Below, piece by piece: positions 16,576 to 24,324 of a stretch of DNA of 31,459 nucleotides. The notes under the pieces were generated by a model, which saw only the letters and a list, made by a program, of their open reading frames with translations, did not search any database and was not told where the DNA came from. Origin of the DNA: a virus (taxonomy: Duplodnaviria; Caudoviricetes); IMG/VR virus record IMGVR_UViG_3300049722_000032, positions 1 through 31,459 of that record, one strand, 5' to 3'. How positions within the stretch are numbered: the stretch's first letter is position 1; each line of letters starts with the position of its first letter. Position numbers and translations under genes: made by a program.

Positions 16576-18273
16576 TTAGTGTGTCCACCGCAGGACATTC
16601 CCTCCTGACGATGTTGCCGAAAAATTAGCGATTACCGTACACGCCGCTATAATAGCATTGGTCGTGTACGTTGTTGTCCCTGACCCGCCGCATGTTCCAG
16701 TCCACGATGAAAATGTATATCCGCTGTTTGCGGAATAAGTAAATTGAGTCGTATTGCCGGACAAAACAGATTGCACAGTGGCAGGGTTGATTGAACCTCC
16801 GGCTGAAGCCGATGGTGTTACGTTGTAGTAAGTGCCTGTGCCTCTCAGCGGATGCGGATAAGTGTAAGGCGTATAATACGATGTCCAAGTATTTGTTGCT
16901 GTGCATTTATATAGAGTACCGGAAATAGGAGTAGATGGATTTGCACCAACCATTCCTGTCATATCTGTGCATGATTGATTTGTAGCCCAGTAACCAACGC
17001 CTGTTGTGCAGGTTGCTGGCATAGAGGCAAGAGTTCCACAGCCTACGCCTGCCGAGCCATTGAAAGAACCTGCGTCTTGGAAAAATTCGGTATTCTCGAC
17101 AACTTCAAGAGGGTTATTAGTTGTAGAGGTATTCTCGTTATAATCATCCATCGATACTATTGCTGTTCGCAAAGATCCGGTTACACTCGCTCGGTTATTA
17201 AGGATATAGGTATCGTGTACTTTCTGACAAATACAAGAGTCGGTACAAGTTTGCCTGCTACTCCCTTGCACATGGTCGGTACAACTGTTTAAAGAACCAC
17301 CACCAGAAAGAGTTACGCCTGCCACTGTATCGTCAAATTCATTATAGATATTGATATTGGCGTTTACTGCTATTACATTGTATAAAAATATTCCCTTGCC
17401 ACCCCGTAGAACAAAGGGATAACCAGCAGATGATATGGTAATATTATTTCCATAGATTTCTGTGATTTGTGGGCCGTAGATTCCAGTTGGCTGCTTTCCA
17501 TGAGTTTCAGCAAAATTGCTTCCACCAGTCATGGTTCCTGTCATAATATTGTATCGGGAAATCCCACCACCGCCCTCGTTGATTTCAGACTGCATGGCAA
17601 CTACATCATCACCGGAAAACGAGAAAGTGTTATCTTCAGTGAACCATCCTTTCTGTCCGCCTAGCGACATTCTGTCGTTGTAGAAAGAGTTAGCAGCATT
17701 TCCTTGGTGCATGGAAGCACTGGAAGAAACAAGAGTGTTACTGTAAAATACTCCGTGGACATACCCCATTGGGTAAACTGCTTTTACCATCTTGACATAT
17801 TTATTGCCGTGAATCTTAACCCTGTCTATGACAGGCGTTGAAGTATTGGAAATCCATGTTGCATAGGTGTAAGGTTGAACAGTAGATGAAGTAAATGTGA
17901 TGCCTGTTACTTCAATGGTTCCTGTGCCTGACAATGTATTTAACCTTGTGCGTGAAGGAGCGTCAGGAGTAAACTTTATAAGAGCCTCGTCGCTGCTGCC
18001 CGACATTCCGTTTGTGATGTAGGTAACATCAATACCGGCACCAACTATTTTAACATCTATTGTAATATCCAGTTGGCTAGTCCACGAACAACTCCCCGCG
18101 GCGCAGGCGGGAATATTAATTGTATCCCCATTAGTTGCTACTGATACGCAAGCGGCTACATCAGTTTCATTCGCACTTGCGGCTGTGAGATTAGGACTTG
18201 ACCCCGTACAGGCGGCATTTACCGTAACACAGAAAGCAAAAAATAAGATGACTGATAAGAGTATTTTTTTCAT
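16576..18273 (-). CDS. Secreted Cys-rich protein, probable beta-helix plus C-terminal InlB-B-repeat-like domain
   Basis: Signal peptide MKKILLSVILFFAFCVTVNA; Asn-ladder repeats; YTPYTYPHPL; ANSGYTFSSWTG.C..V.ANF; 14 Cys in the mature part. Confidence 0.8.
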   Translation of the reverse strand: MKKILLSVILFFAFCVTVNAACTGSSPNLTAASANETDVAACVSVATNGDTINIPACAAGSCSWTSQLDITIDVKIVGAGIDVTYITNGMSGSSDEALIKFTPDAPSRTRLNTLSGTGTIEVTGITFTSSTVQPYTYATWISNTSTPVIDRVKIHGNKYVKMVKAVYPMGYVHGVFYSNTLVSSSASMHQGNAANSFYNDRMSLGGQKGWFTEDNTFSFSGDDVVAMQSEINEGGGGISRYNIMTGTMTGGSNFAETHGKQPTGIYGPQITEIYGNNITISSAGYPFVLRGGKGIFLYNVIAVNANINIYNEFDDTVAGVTLSGGGSLNSCTDHVQGSSRQTCTDSCICQKVHDTYILNNRASVTGSLRTAIVSMDDYNENTSTTNNPLEVVENTEFFQDAGSFNGSAGVGCGTLASMPATCTTGVGYWATNQSCTDMTGMVGANPSTPISGTLYKCTATNTWTSYYTPYTYPHPLRGTGTYYNVTPSASAGGSINPATVQSVLSGNTTQFTYSANSGYTFSSWTGTCGGSGTTTYTTNAIIAACTVIANFSATSSGGNVLRWTH

Positions 18274-18854
18274 TGGCATACCTTTATTTGGAATGATAAA
18301 TCCCCGGCATCGTCATGTCCTGTTAAATTCCACTTGTTAGAATCCGCCGACCAATACCCCGTCCCTCCTACATAAGTGCTGGTTGAACTGAAATACGCTT
18401 CCCCATTGGTATTGTTTGCGGAAATCTCAAAGTAATATGGAGTGCCGGGATTAAACGTATTTGTCGTGTCCTGAATGACAAATTCAACCTCATCGATTTG
18501 AGAACTGACAAATGTATGAGTTATGGTTTTTGTTCCCCAATATGTCGTGAGATTAATGCCGTTCCCGTAACGTATCGTCAAATCTGTTGAGCCGCTTGCT
18601 TGTCCAATCAAGGTCACGGTAATAGAATATAGTTTAGAATTATTACTTGTAACCTGAAAGGATTGACCGATGAAATATGTTCCAGTTACGACCCCTATTG
18701 CGTTTGTGGCGTTACCTTGATCTGCCGTCCCAGATGAGCAGCTAGCCGCCGCACCACCCATTGACATCACGCCGGAGAAAATCCCGCTGCCTGCCTGCGC
18801 CGTGGAGCAGAGTAAAAATAAACAGATTACAATGTTAAATATTTTTTTCATCAT
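18270..18854 (-). CDS. Secreted beta-sandwich protein
   Basis: GGAGG SD; signal peptide MMKKIFNIVICLFLLCSTAQA; GQSF..YYF..Y.GG..DL.F pattern; 2 Cys at the two ends of the mature chain. Confidence 0.78.
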   Translation of the reverse strand: MMKKIFNIVICLFLLCSTAQAGSGIFSGVMSMGGAAASCSSGTADQGNATNAIGVVTGTYFIGQSFQVTSNNSKLYSITVTLIGQASGSTDLTIRYGNGINLTTYWGTKTITHTFVSSQIDEVEFVIQDTTNTFNPGTPYYFEISANNTNGEAYFSSTSTYVGGTGYWSADSNKWNLTGHDDAGDLSFQIKVCQ

Positions 18855-20191
18855 CGTACTACCCTCCAGTTTACTGTTACCGCTCCCGGCGTGATCGCTG
18901 CGACTGTCCAGTTGCAAACATCAAAATTAACATACCCCGCGGTGGGGTAAGCTGTGACGGTCAACCCTCCCGCCGCTGCCGGTGTGTATCCGGTAACCGT
19001 TTTGATCGATCCATTAGGCATAAATGTAATGACATCCGTTGTCGCCACATTGGTTGCTGCTGCCGAGTTGACGCTGCCCTGTGTTACGGTCTGGCAGGCA
19101 TATGATGCGATTTCGGAGGTGGCGAGGGCAAGAGACCCGCTGGCTATGGTAGTCGTCAAACCGCCTGCCGCACTGAGATTATTCCCTGCCGCCGTGATAA
19201 CACCCGTGCCAAAGGTCAGCCATCCCCATACTCCGACATGATTGCTGACTGACACTACATAGGGGATTTGGTTTGCGGTCGGTTCGGTCGGAGTGTCCTG
19301 AAGAATAAACGATGTTGAGGGATTAGTCGCCGGGCCTCTGCGCCCGACGTAGTTTGTTCCTGCACCGCTGCCGGTTCTGAGGTCAATTTCATCCGGTGAA
19401 GTTGTCTGAGGTGTGGAAATCTTTTTATTCGTATTGTCCCACGTTGGCCCGGCACCGGCAAAAGCCGAACTGTTATTCCACTGGATATCACCGCTCGATC
19501 CGCCAGGAGTGCCGACACTTGGAGTGTCGCAAGTGCCATTAAATTTTAGATATCCGGATGTGCAGGCTGTCCATAAAGAGACAATCTGACTATATCCGCA
19601 TCGGACAACATAATAATCGGAATCTTTGCAGGCCACACCCGCGCCGCCGGTGGTATAGTTGTCGGTTGTAAATGCCCCGCCATCGGCTAACGTATCCCCT
19701 GCGCCGATTGCCGCCGCGTGCCCGACAGTCGGAGTTCCGGAAACGGTAACTACCTGAGACGATCCGACTTTCACTTTTCCGGTGCCTTTTGCTTGCAGAA
19801 CCAGATCAAGATTGGCCGGAGCGCTCGCGCCTTCCGAGTTGGCGCTGATAGTAATTTTAGAAGTAGCATCGCCTAATATGCCCAACCACTGGCGATTCTC
19901 TGCCGTTATTATCTGGTAATGGCTGTAAAATCTATAATCAGTGGGCCCCGCCGACTGAAAAACAAATACGCCATTCACAGCATCATATGCTGTTGTAATA
20001 TATGGGTTATCCACCGGCCCCCATAATAGTTCCGGGAGAACCGATGATGATATCGTAACAGTATCAGTCGCTTCTATTGTCGTCGCTTTTACCGGTCGCC
20101 CTTCCATCAGCGGATCACCTTTCTTCGCGAGTACCGGGAGAGTGATAAATAAGAGCAATAATATTGTAATGGAATATTTAATGATTTTCAT
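18851..20191 (-). CDS. Secreted fibre-like protein
   Basis: AGGAGG SD; signal peptide MKIIKYSITILLLLFITLPVLA; phage-fibre-like motifs LVLQAKGTGKV and PGGSSGDIQWN; 6 Cys. Confidence 0.78.
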   Translation of the reverse strand: MKIIKYSITILLLLFITLPVLAKKGDPLMEGRPVKATTIEATDTVTISSSVLPELLWGPVDNPYITTAYDAVNGVFVFQSAGPTDYRFYSHYQIITAENRQWLGILGDATSKITISANSEGASAPANLDLVLQAKGTGKVKVGSSQVVTVSGTPTVGHAAAIGAGDTLADGGAFTTDNYTTGGAGVACKDSDYYVVRCGYSQIVSLWTACTSGYLKFNGTCDTPSVGTPGGSSGDIQWNNSSAFAGAGPTWDNTNKKISTPQTTSPDEIDLRTGSGAGTNYVGRRGPATNPSTSFILQDTPTEPTANQIPYVVSVSNHVGVWGWLTFGTGVITAAGNNLSAAGGLTTTIASGSLALATSEIASYACQTVTQGSVNSAAATNVATTDVITFMPNGSIKTVTGYTPAAAGGLTVTAYPTAGYVNFDVCNWTVAAITPGAVTVNWRVVR

Positions 20192-20202
20192 TGTGTGCCT
20201 CC

Positions 20203-20291
20203 TAATGAGTCCACGCTGAGAGCAAGTTTAACGCCGCTCGAAGCGTAGGACGAATTATCCCGCCACCGCCAGGTGGCTGTGGATTTGTACC
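20203..20291 (+). repeat. Family E element with two stacked tandem G.A motifs
   Basis: TAAT-GA-GTCC-ACGCT-GA-GAGC..GCTC-GA-AGCGT-A-GGAC-GA-ATTA..GGATTTGTACC. Confidence 0.88.
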
Positions 20292-20651
20292 TTACGCGTT
20301 ATTTGCTCTATTTCGTTCTTTCCAAACGCCGGCTGAACTGCATAAAAGTTCTATTGAGTCCGCCACATTATCCAGGGTGAAATCTTCCTGCAGGAGTAAA
20401 CTAGCGCCCGTTTTGCAAACCACGTTGCGAGCGTTATTGGCGCATTGCAGGATAAGTTCGTCACCGACAGCCCCTCCGGAGATACTGGTCAGATCATCCG
20501 TAGACGCGCTACCTTCGGTGTCGACGGTGATAAAATGCTTTCCCGTCCCGGTGATCGTCAATACGCCGCTGGCAATGGTTGCTGCAACGGGTGAGCCGAA
20601 CCCGCTTGATCCGGATCCTACCGCGGATACCGATTTTGCTAATATGTTCAT
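20292..20651 (-). CDS. Hypothetical head-associated protein
   Basis: AGGAG SD; TIASG..T..VDTE..A.TDDL..I.GG beta domain; follows the capsid gene. Confidence 0.75.
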   Translation of the reverse strand: MNILAKSVSAVGSGSSGFGSPVAATIASGVLTITGTGKHFITVDTEGSASTDDLTSISGGAVGDELILQCANNARNVVCKTGASLLLQEDFTLDNVADSIELLCSSAGVWKERNRANNA

Positions 20652-20690
20652 AATGAGTCTCCTAATTTCAGTGACGTTTCATTCCACTAT

Positions 20691-20726
20691 AAAAACCCTC
20701 TCGCCTCTCGCAAGGGAGAGGGTTTT
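20691..20726 (+). repeat. Family D palindrome (CCCTCTC..GGGAGAGGG)
   Basis: AAAACCCTCTC..GAGAGGGTTTT; could double as a terminator or attenuator after the capsid gene. Confidence 0.75.
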
Positions 20727-20742
20727 AAACTGGGATCAAAGT

Positions 20743-20770
20743 CCTGGATTCCGGCCTACGCCGGAATGAC
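20743..20770 (-). repeat. Family C palindrome
   Basis: 6 nt after the capsid stop. Confidence 0.9.
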
Positions 20771-20776
20771 AAGAGG

Positions 20777-21757
20777 TTATGTAGCGAAGGTATCCTTCCA
20801 GAGATAACCCAGGGCGGCGTCTACCAATACGATATCGCTTTCTTCCGCTACTTCGTACACATCCTGATGCTCCGCTGCTTCGCGCCAGGTGGTTGTGCGT
20901 CTGGGCTGGCCGTCTTCATACGCAGTTCGCGCCTGATATCCGGGAGCGGGAACCTTGCGACCGGGAGCCGCCGGGCGGTGGAATAAGAAACCCATTCCTT
21001 TGCCCGCGTTCACTTCCCATATATATTTCGAGCTAAAGGACGTGCCCGCCTTGTTTTCTTTGGCGGTATTGACGATGGCTTTGCCGACCATCACTTCCTC
21101 AAGGTCAAGCAACGCCGCCAACAGATCCGCTGTAAGAACGCCGCGCTGGGTGTACTTGATTTTGTCCAGGACTGCCGCGCATTGTTTCAATGATTCGTAT
21201 GTCGCATAATCAAGAGCAAGACAATTCGCGTCGACACCGGAAACGGATTGAATGGCTTTTCTGCCAAGAGCGACATCATCCAGGAATGTGTTGGTATCGC
21301 CTTTGGGCGACCAGAGACCGGCAGCATCTTCCCCGGCGACATTTCCGTCCGCCCAGGTTCCGCCGGTGATCATAGCGGCTATGCGGACTTCTTTTTTCAG
21401 GTCGATTTTATTGGAAGCAAATTCAATCGCGTCCTGATCAGGCAGAAGAGGCGGAGCCATTTGAGATTTGGCGAAACGTCTGTCTTCGTCGGTGACTTCC
21501 GAGGCGATCGCGTATTCTTTGGTGACGATGTTTGCCCAGTCAATGGGGAATCCGGTGCGGTTGGCCCGACTACCGGGGCCGCGGATACCCGCTTCATCGC
21601 GGAACCATGCGCCTTTGGAATAAATGGCGATCTTCGCTTTGGGATCCACTTTGTCGAGGATGCGGAAAACCCTATCCCCGATGTAATCTTTGTTCTTGTA
21701 AGCCACGGACACGTTTTGCAGCGGCCCTGTGACCATCAATTCTTTTACGTTTGGCAT
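20777..21757 (-). CDS. Major capsid protein
   Basis: AAGGAGG SD; L.NVSVAY.N..YIGD.VF, R.PG..A, VLDKIKYTQ.G, GYL..D motifs; follows scaffold and decoration genes. Confidence 0.9.
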   Translation of the reverse strand: MPNVKELMVTGPLQNVSVAYKNKDYIGDRVFRILDKVDPKAKIAIYSKGAWFRDEAGIRGPGSRANRTGFPIDWANIVTKEYAIASEVTDEDRRFAKSQMAPPLLPDQDAIEFASNKIDLKKEVRIAAMITGGTWADGNVAGEDAAGLWSPKGDTNTFLDDVALGRKAIQSVSGVDANCLALDYATYESLKQCAAVLDKIKYTQRGVLTADLLAALLDLEEVMVGKAIVNTAKENKAGTSFSSKYIWEVNAGKGMGFLFHRPAAPGRKVPAPGYQARTAYEDGQPRRTTTWREAAEHQDVYEVAEESDIVLVDAALGYLWKDTFAT

Positions 21758-21806
21758 TGTTTCCTCCTTCAATGAAGTTTTTTAATTCGTACTGTTTTAT
21801 TCCTCG

Positions 21807-21894
21807 TCCCGTTCGTCCGGCCTGGCCGGACTCAGGGATAATTCGCTCTAGAGATTTCCGCGCGCTTGCGGGCGCGGAAATCTCAGGCTCATTA
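21807..21894 (-). repeat. Family E element, stop-type
   Basis: TAAT-GA-GC..GAGATTTCCGCGC..GCGCGGAAATCTC..GC-GA-ATTA-TCCCT-GA-GTCCGGCC..GGCCGGAC-GA-ACGGGA. Confidence 0.9.
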
Positions 21895-22647
21895 ATGCAC
21901 AACAGTCCCCAAAGAGTAAATGGTGACTGCTTCCGTGCCGCTGCCGATGTTGTCCAGACGGCAGAGGAATCGCTTGCTGTTGTCCTGCGCGATGGTCATG
22001 GTGCCGGAAAGAGTGACGCTCGCGCCCGCTGTCAGCGTAATGGTTTCCGCCGCATCCGACGTGTTGCGGATGGTGAACTCGAAACTGGAGCCGACAATGC
22101 CCCCCGCAAAACCGGCGACGATAAGTGCCGCTGTGGGCGTTACGTCGGAACGTGAGCCGCCCGTGCAGTCGCGTAGAATCAATCCGCCGATCAATTCGGC
22201 TGCCGTATACGTGCGAGCGCCTGCGGTAACATCGGTTGTAACCCTGGTGACAAACCAGCCGGTCTGGGTAATGCCGGGAACCTGGGCGGTTAAAAGCACA
22301 GACGCCAGATCGTCTTCCGCGGAGGATGACTCCAGCACCAGCGCACGGGAATAGGCCAATGCCGCTACTGCTGTTTTTCCTTTGCCCGCATCGGTCGCAG
22401 AAACATATTCCGCTTTGACAAAGGCGTTAACTGCCACGGCGTCGTTCATTTGCAAATTGCTGACGCCGAGTATCCGGACTACAGCCGCTTCGCCGATGCC
22501 GGGGGCGTTCTGCAAAATACCGAGCAGCGCTTCTGTCTCGTTATCCGGACGCCGCACACCGGTGGATGTGAGGACGACGAACTTCCACTTGTCATCAACC
22601 AGACTTTCCAAGGCAACGAAAGAGAGGTCTAAAATTTTGTTTTCCAT
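21892..22647 (-). CDS. Capsid decoration/cement protein (DUF2190-like) fused to a second beta domain
   Basis: GILQNAP..GEAA.V...G motif; lies between scaffold and capsid. Confidence 0.75.
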   Translation of the reverse strand: MENKILDLSFVALESLVDDKWKFVVLTSTGVRRPDNETEALLGILQNAPGIGEAAVVRILGVSNLQMNDAVAVNAFVKAEYVSATDAGKGKTAVAALAYSRALVLESSSAEDDLASVLLTAQVPGITQTGWFVTRVTTDVTAGARTYTAAELIGGLILRDCTGGSRSDVTPTAALIVAGFAGGIVGSSFEFTIRNTSDAAETITLTAGASVTLSGTMTIAQDNSKRFLCRLDNIGSGTEAVTIYSLGTVVH

Positions 22648-22688
22648 GTTGAACTCCTTTTCTAAAGTTTATGTTCATATTTTCACCA

Positions 22689-22717
22689 TCCCCTGGCCCC
22701 TCCCCTCAAGGGAGGGG
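22689..22717 (+). repeat. Family D palindrome
   Basis: TCCCCTGGCCCCTCCCC-tcaa-GGGAGGGG. Confidence 0.7.
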
Positions 22718-22740
22718 AAAAGAGACGAGACAATGGTGTC

Positions 22741-23352
22741 TTAATTACCGCTTAATTCCTGCGTGTATTCCTGCGTTAGTTCGGGATTTTCCTTCTGCAC
22801 CTCAGCAAATGCAGCGTTGTAGGTTAAATCTTTCATCTCTTTCATTTTGGCCCGCGTGAGAGTTTCCAGTTTCGCGCCTGCTGATCCTGCGCCGCCCGCG
22901 TTCTTATCCCGCGTGGCTACTTCTTTGAAAATTACCAATGGTGTCGCAGATTCCAGCAACGCTTTCATGCGGTCGAATGCGGTGAACTTTTCCTTCTTTT
23001 CGCCAAATTCAATTTGATTATCGAGTTGAGCCACAGAGAAAAGTATTTCCGGCAGACCGAAAGCAACGGTCGCGGGAGTTATCTTTCCCGCTTTAATCAA
23101 GGATTCGCAAAATACGGCAATATCGCCCTTGAGAGTGGCCAAATATGTTTGTTTTTGCTGTTCGGAAAATTCCGCTGCGGCTGCATCCCTGCCTTTTTTC
23201 TCGGCGGCATCTGTAATCTTTTTCAGATCGGTCTCTGAAAATGTCGGCAGTTCTGTCCCTTTAGGAGCCTCCTTCGGCAGGGCATCCGCGGGCACCTTGC
23301 TTACGTCGATTCCTAAAAATTCCAAAAATTTAATAAGTTTTTCCTGAAACAT
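22741..23352 (-). CDS. Internally initiated scaffold protein (Mu gpZ-like)
   Basis: Perfect AAGGAGGT SD in an A-rich context 7 nt before the in-frame ATG 23352, as in Mu I/Z. Confidence 0.75.
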   Translation of the reverse strand: MFQEKLIKFLEFLGIDVSKVPADALPKEAPKGTELPTFSETDLKKITDAAEKKGRDAAAAEFSEQQKQTYLATLKGDIAVFCESLIKAGKITPATVAFGLPEILFSVAQLDNQIEFGEKKEKFTAFDRMKALLESATPLVIFKEVATRDKNAGGAGSAGAKLETLTRAKMKEMKDLTYNAAFAEVQKENPELTQEYTQELSGN

Positions 23353-23841
23353 GTTTTGAACCTCCTTCTTTTCATTGTTTATTTTTTTATTGGTTTGCTC
23401 TTTGCTATCCCGCGTCGCTGCGCCCTCATTAAAATCAAAACTGACCGCGTCACCCTCGGCGAAGGCCACGTCGGAGAGTCCTTTAACCGCTGGAGGCATT
23501 GCGCCCAGGAAACCGACATGCCGCAGGGTGCCGTCAGGGTAAAAGGCCGCGCTGCGCTTTTTAAAAAGTCCGTTTTTTATCATGTCGGCGAAATCAGGAT
23601 GAACCTGTTTAAACTTAGCCAGCAATAGATTGCCTTGCTTTTTCAAACCTTCTACCCAGCCATAAGCCGGAGCGTTATCCGCCGGGTGGCCGATGACGAC
23701 TGGCGGCTCATGGGCGGCGGCGTTGAATTTGGCAATCGCCGTCTCAATAAGGGCATCGCCGTCGTGCTCCACGCCGTTACTGTCTATTTGTTTTCCTCCC
23801 TGGAAAATCGGAATGTAATCGTCAAAACCTTTGAAATTCAT
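22741..23841 (-). CDS. Mu gpI-like prohead protease/scaffold
   Basis: IF..G...DSNG, P.VIGHP..NAPAYGWV, FKKRSA.FY, LRHVGFLGA.PPAVKGL motifs. Confidence 0.93.
   Translation of the reverse strand: MNFKGFDDYIPIFQGGKQIDSNGVEHDGDALIETAIAKFNAAAHEPPVVIGHPADNAPAYGWVEGLKKQGNLLLAKFKQVHPDFADMIKNGLFKKRSAAFYPDGTLRHVGFLGAMPPAVKGLSDVAFAEGDAVSFDFNEGAATRDSKEQTNKKINNEKKEVQNMFQEKLIKFLEFLGIDVSKVPADALPKEAPKGTELPTFSETDLKKITDAAEKKGRDAAAAEFSEQQKQTYLATLKGDIAVFCESLIKAGKITPATVAFGLPEILFSVAQLDNQIEFGEKKEKFTAFDRMKALLESATPLVIFKEVATRDKNAGGAGSAGAKLETLTRAKMKEMKDLTYNAAFAEVQKENPELTQEYTQELSGN
23407..23432 (-). repeat. Mini family E element, in frame (NEGAATRD)
   Basis: TAATGAG-GGCGCAGCGACGCGGGAT, an internal deletion form of the 3936/25321 copies. 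Confidence 0.8.
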
Positions 23842-24281
23842 TTTGCTACCTCCAGCCAGTCTGTTAATACTTCCACGATATCTTTTGAGTCTTCTTTGCC
23901 AATGCCCAGGAATGGCCGGGCGGGCATGGTGACTTTATGTCCACGGCCAGTTTTTCCGCCCAGTTGATGGATCGCCCCGTAAACTTTATTTGTTCCGACT
24001 CGCAGAGTATTTCCTCCACTGACCTGATGGCGGATAGAGTCGCGCAGGTGATGACTTTCCGTGAGAATCATCGGATTCTTTTTGTGTTTCAGCGTGGCCG
24101 GTTTTAAGGGTTTCCAGGGTTTGCCGTCTGCATCACGCTGGCGGGTAAACCGCTCATCGGTCTGCCGCAGCATTCTCTCTCCGATAATATTCAGCGCATC
24201 GGTCATGTTGCCGCCCTTGCGGGCGATCCGTTCGAGTACGGCGTTGACTCCGGTGTCGTGTATTTGAATTGATATTTCCAT
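23838..24281 (-). CDS. Mu gpG-like virion morphogenesis protein
   Basis: RF..Q.D.DG.PWKPL, IL....HLR.SI, VGTN..YGAIHQLGG, MPARPFLG motifs. Confidence 0.93.
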   Translation of the reverse strand: MEISIQIHDTGVNAVLERIARKGGNMTDALNIIGERMLRQTDERFTRQRDADGKPWKPLKPATLKHKKNPMILTESHHLRDSIRHQVSGGNTLRVGTNKVYGAIHQLGGKTGRGHKVTMPARPFLGIGKEDSKDIVEVLTDWLEVAK

Positions 24282-24292
24282 TTTTTCTTTTT

Positions 24293-24320
24293 CCTGGATT
24301 CCGGCCTTCGCCGGAATGAC
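24293..24320 (-). repeat. Family C palindrome
   Basis: 4 nt after the portal-gpF stop. Confidence 0.9.
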
Positions 24321-24324
24321 GTTA

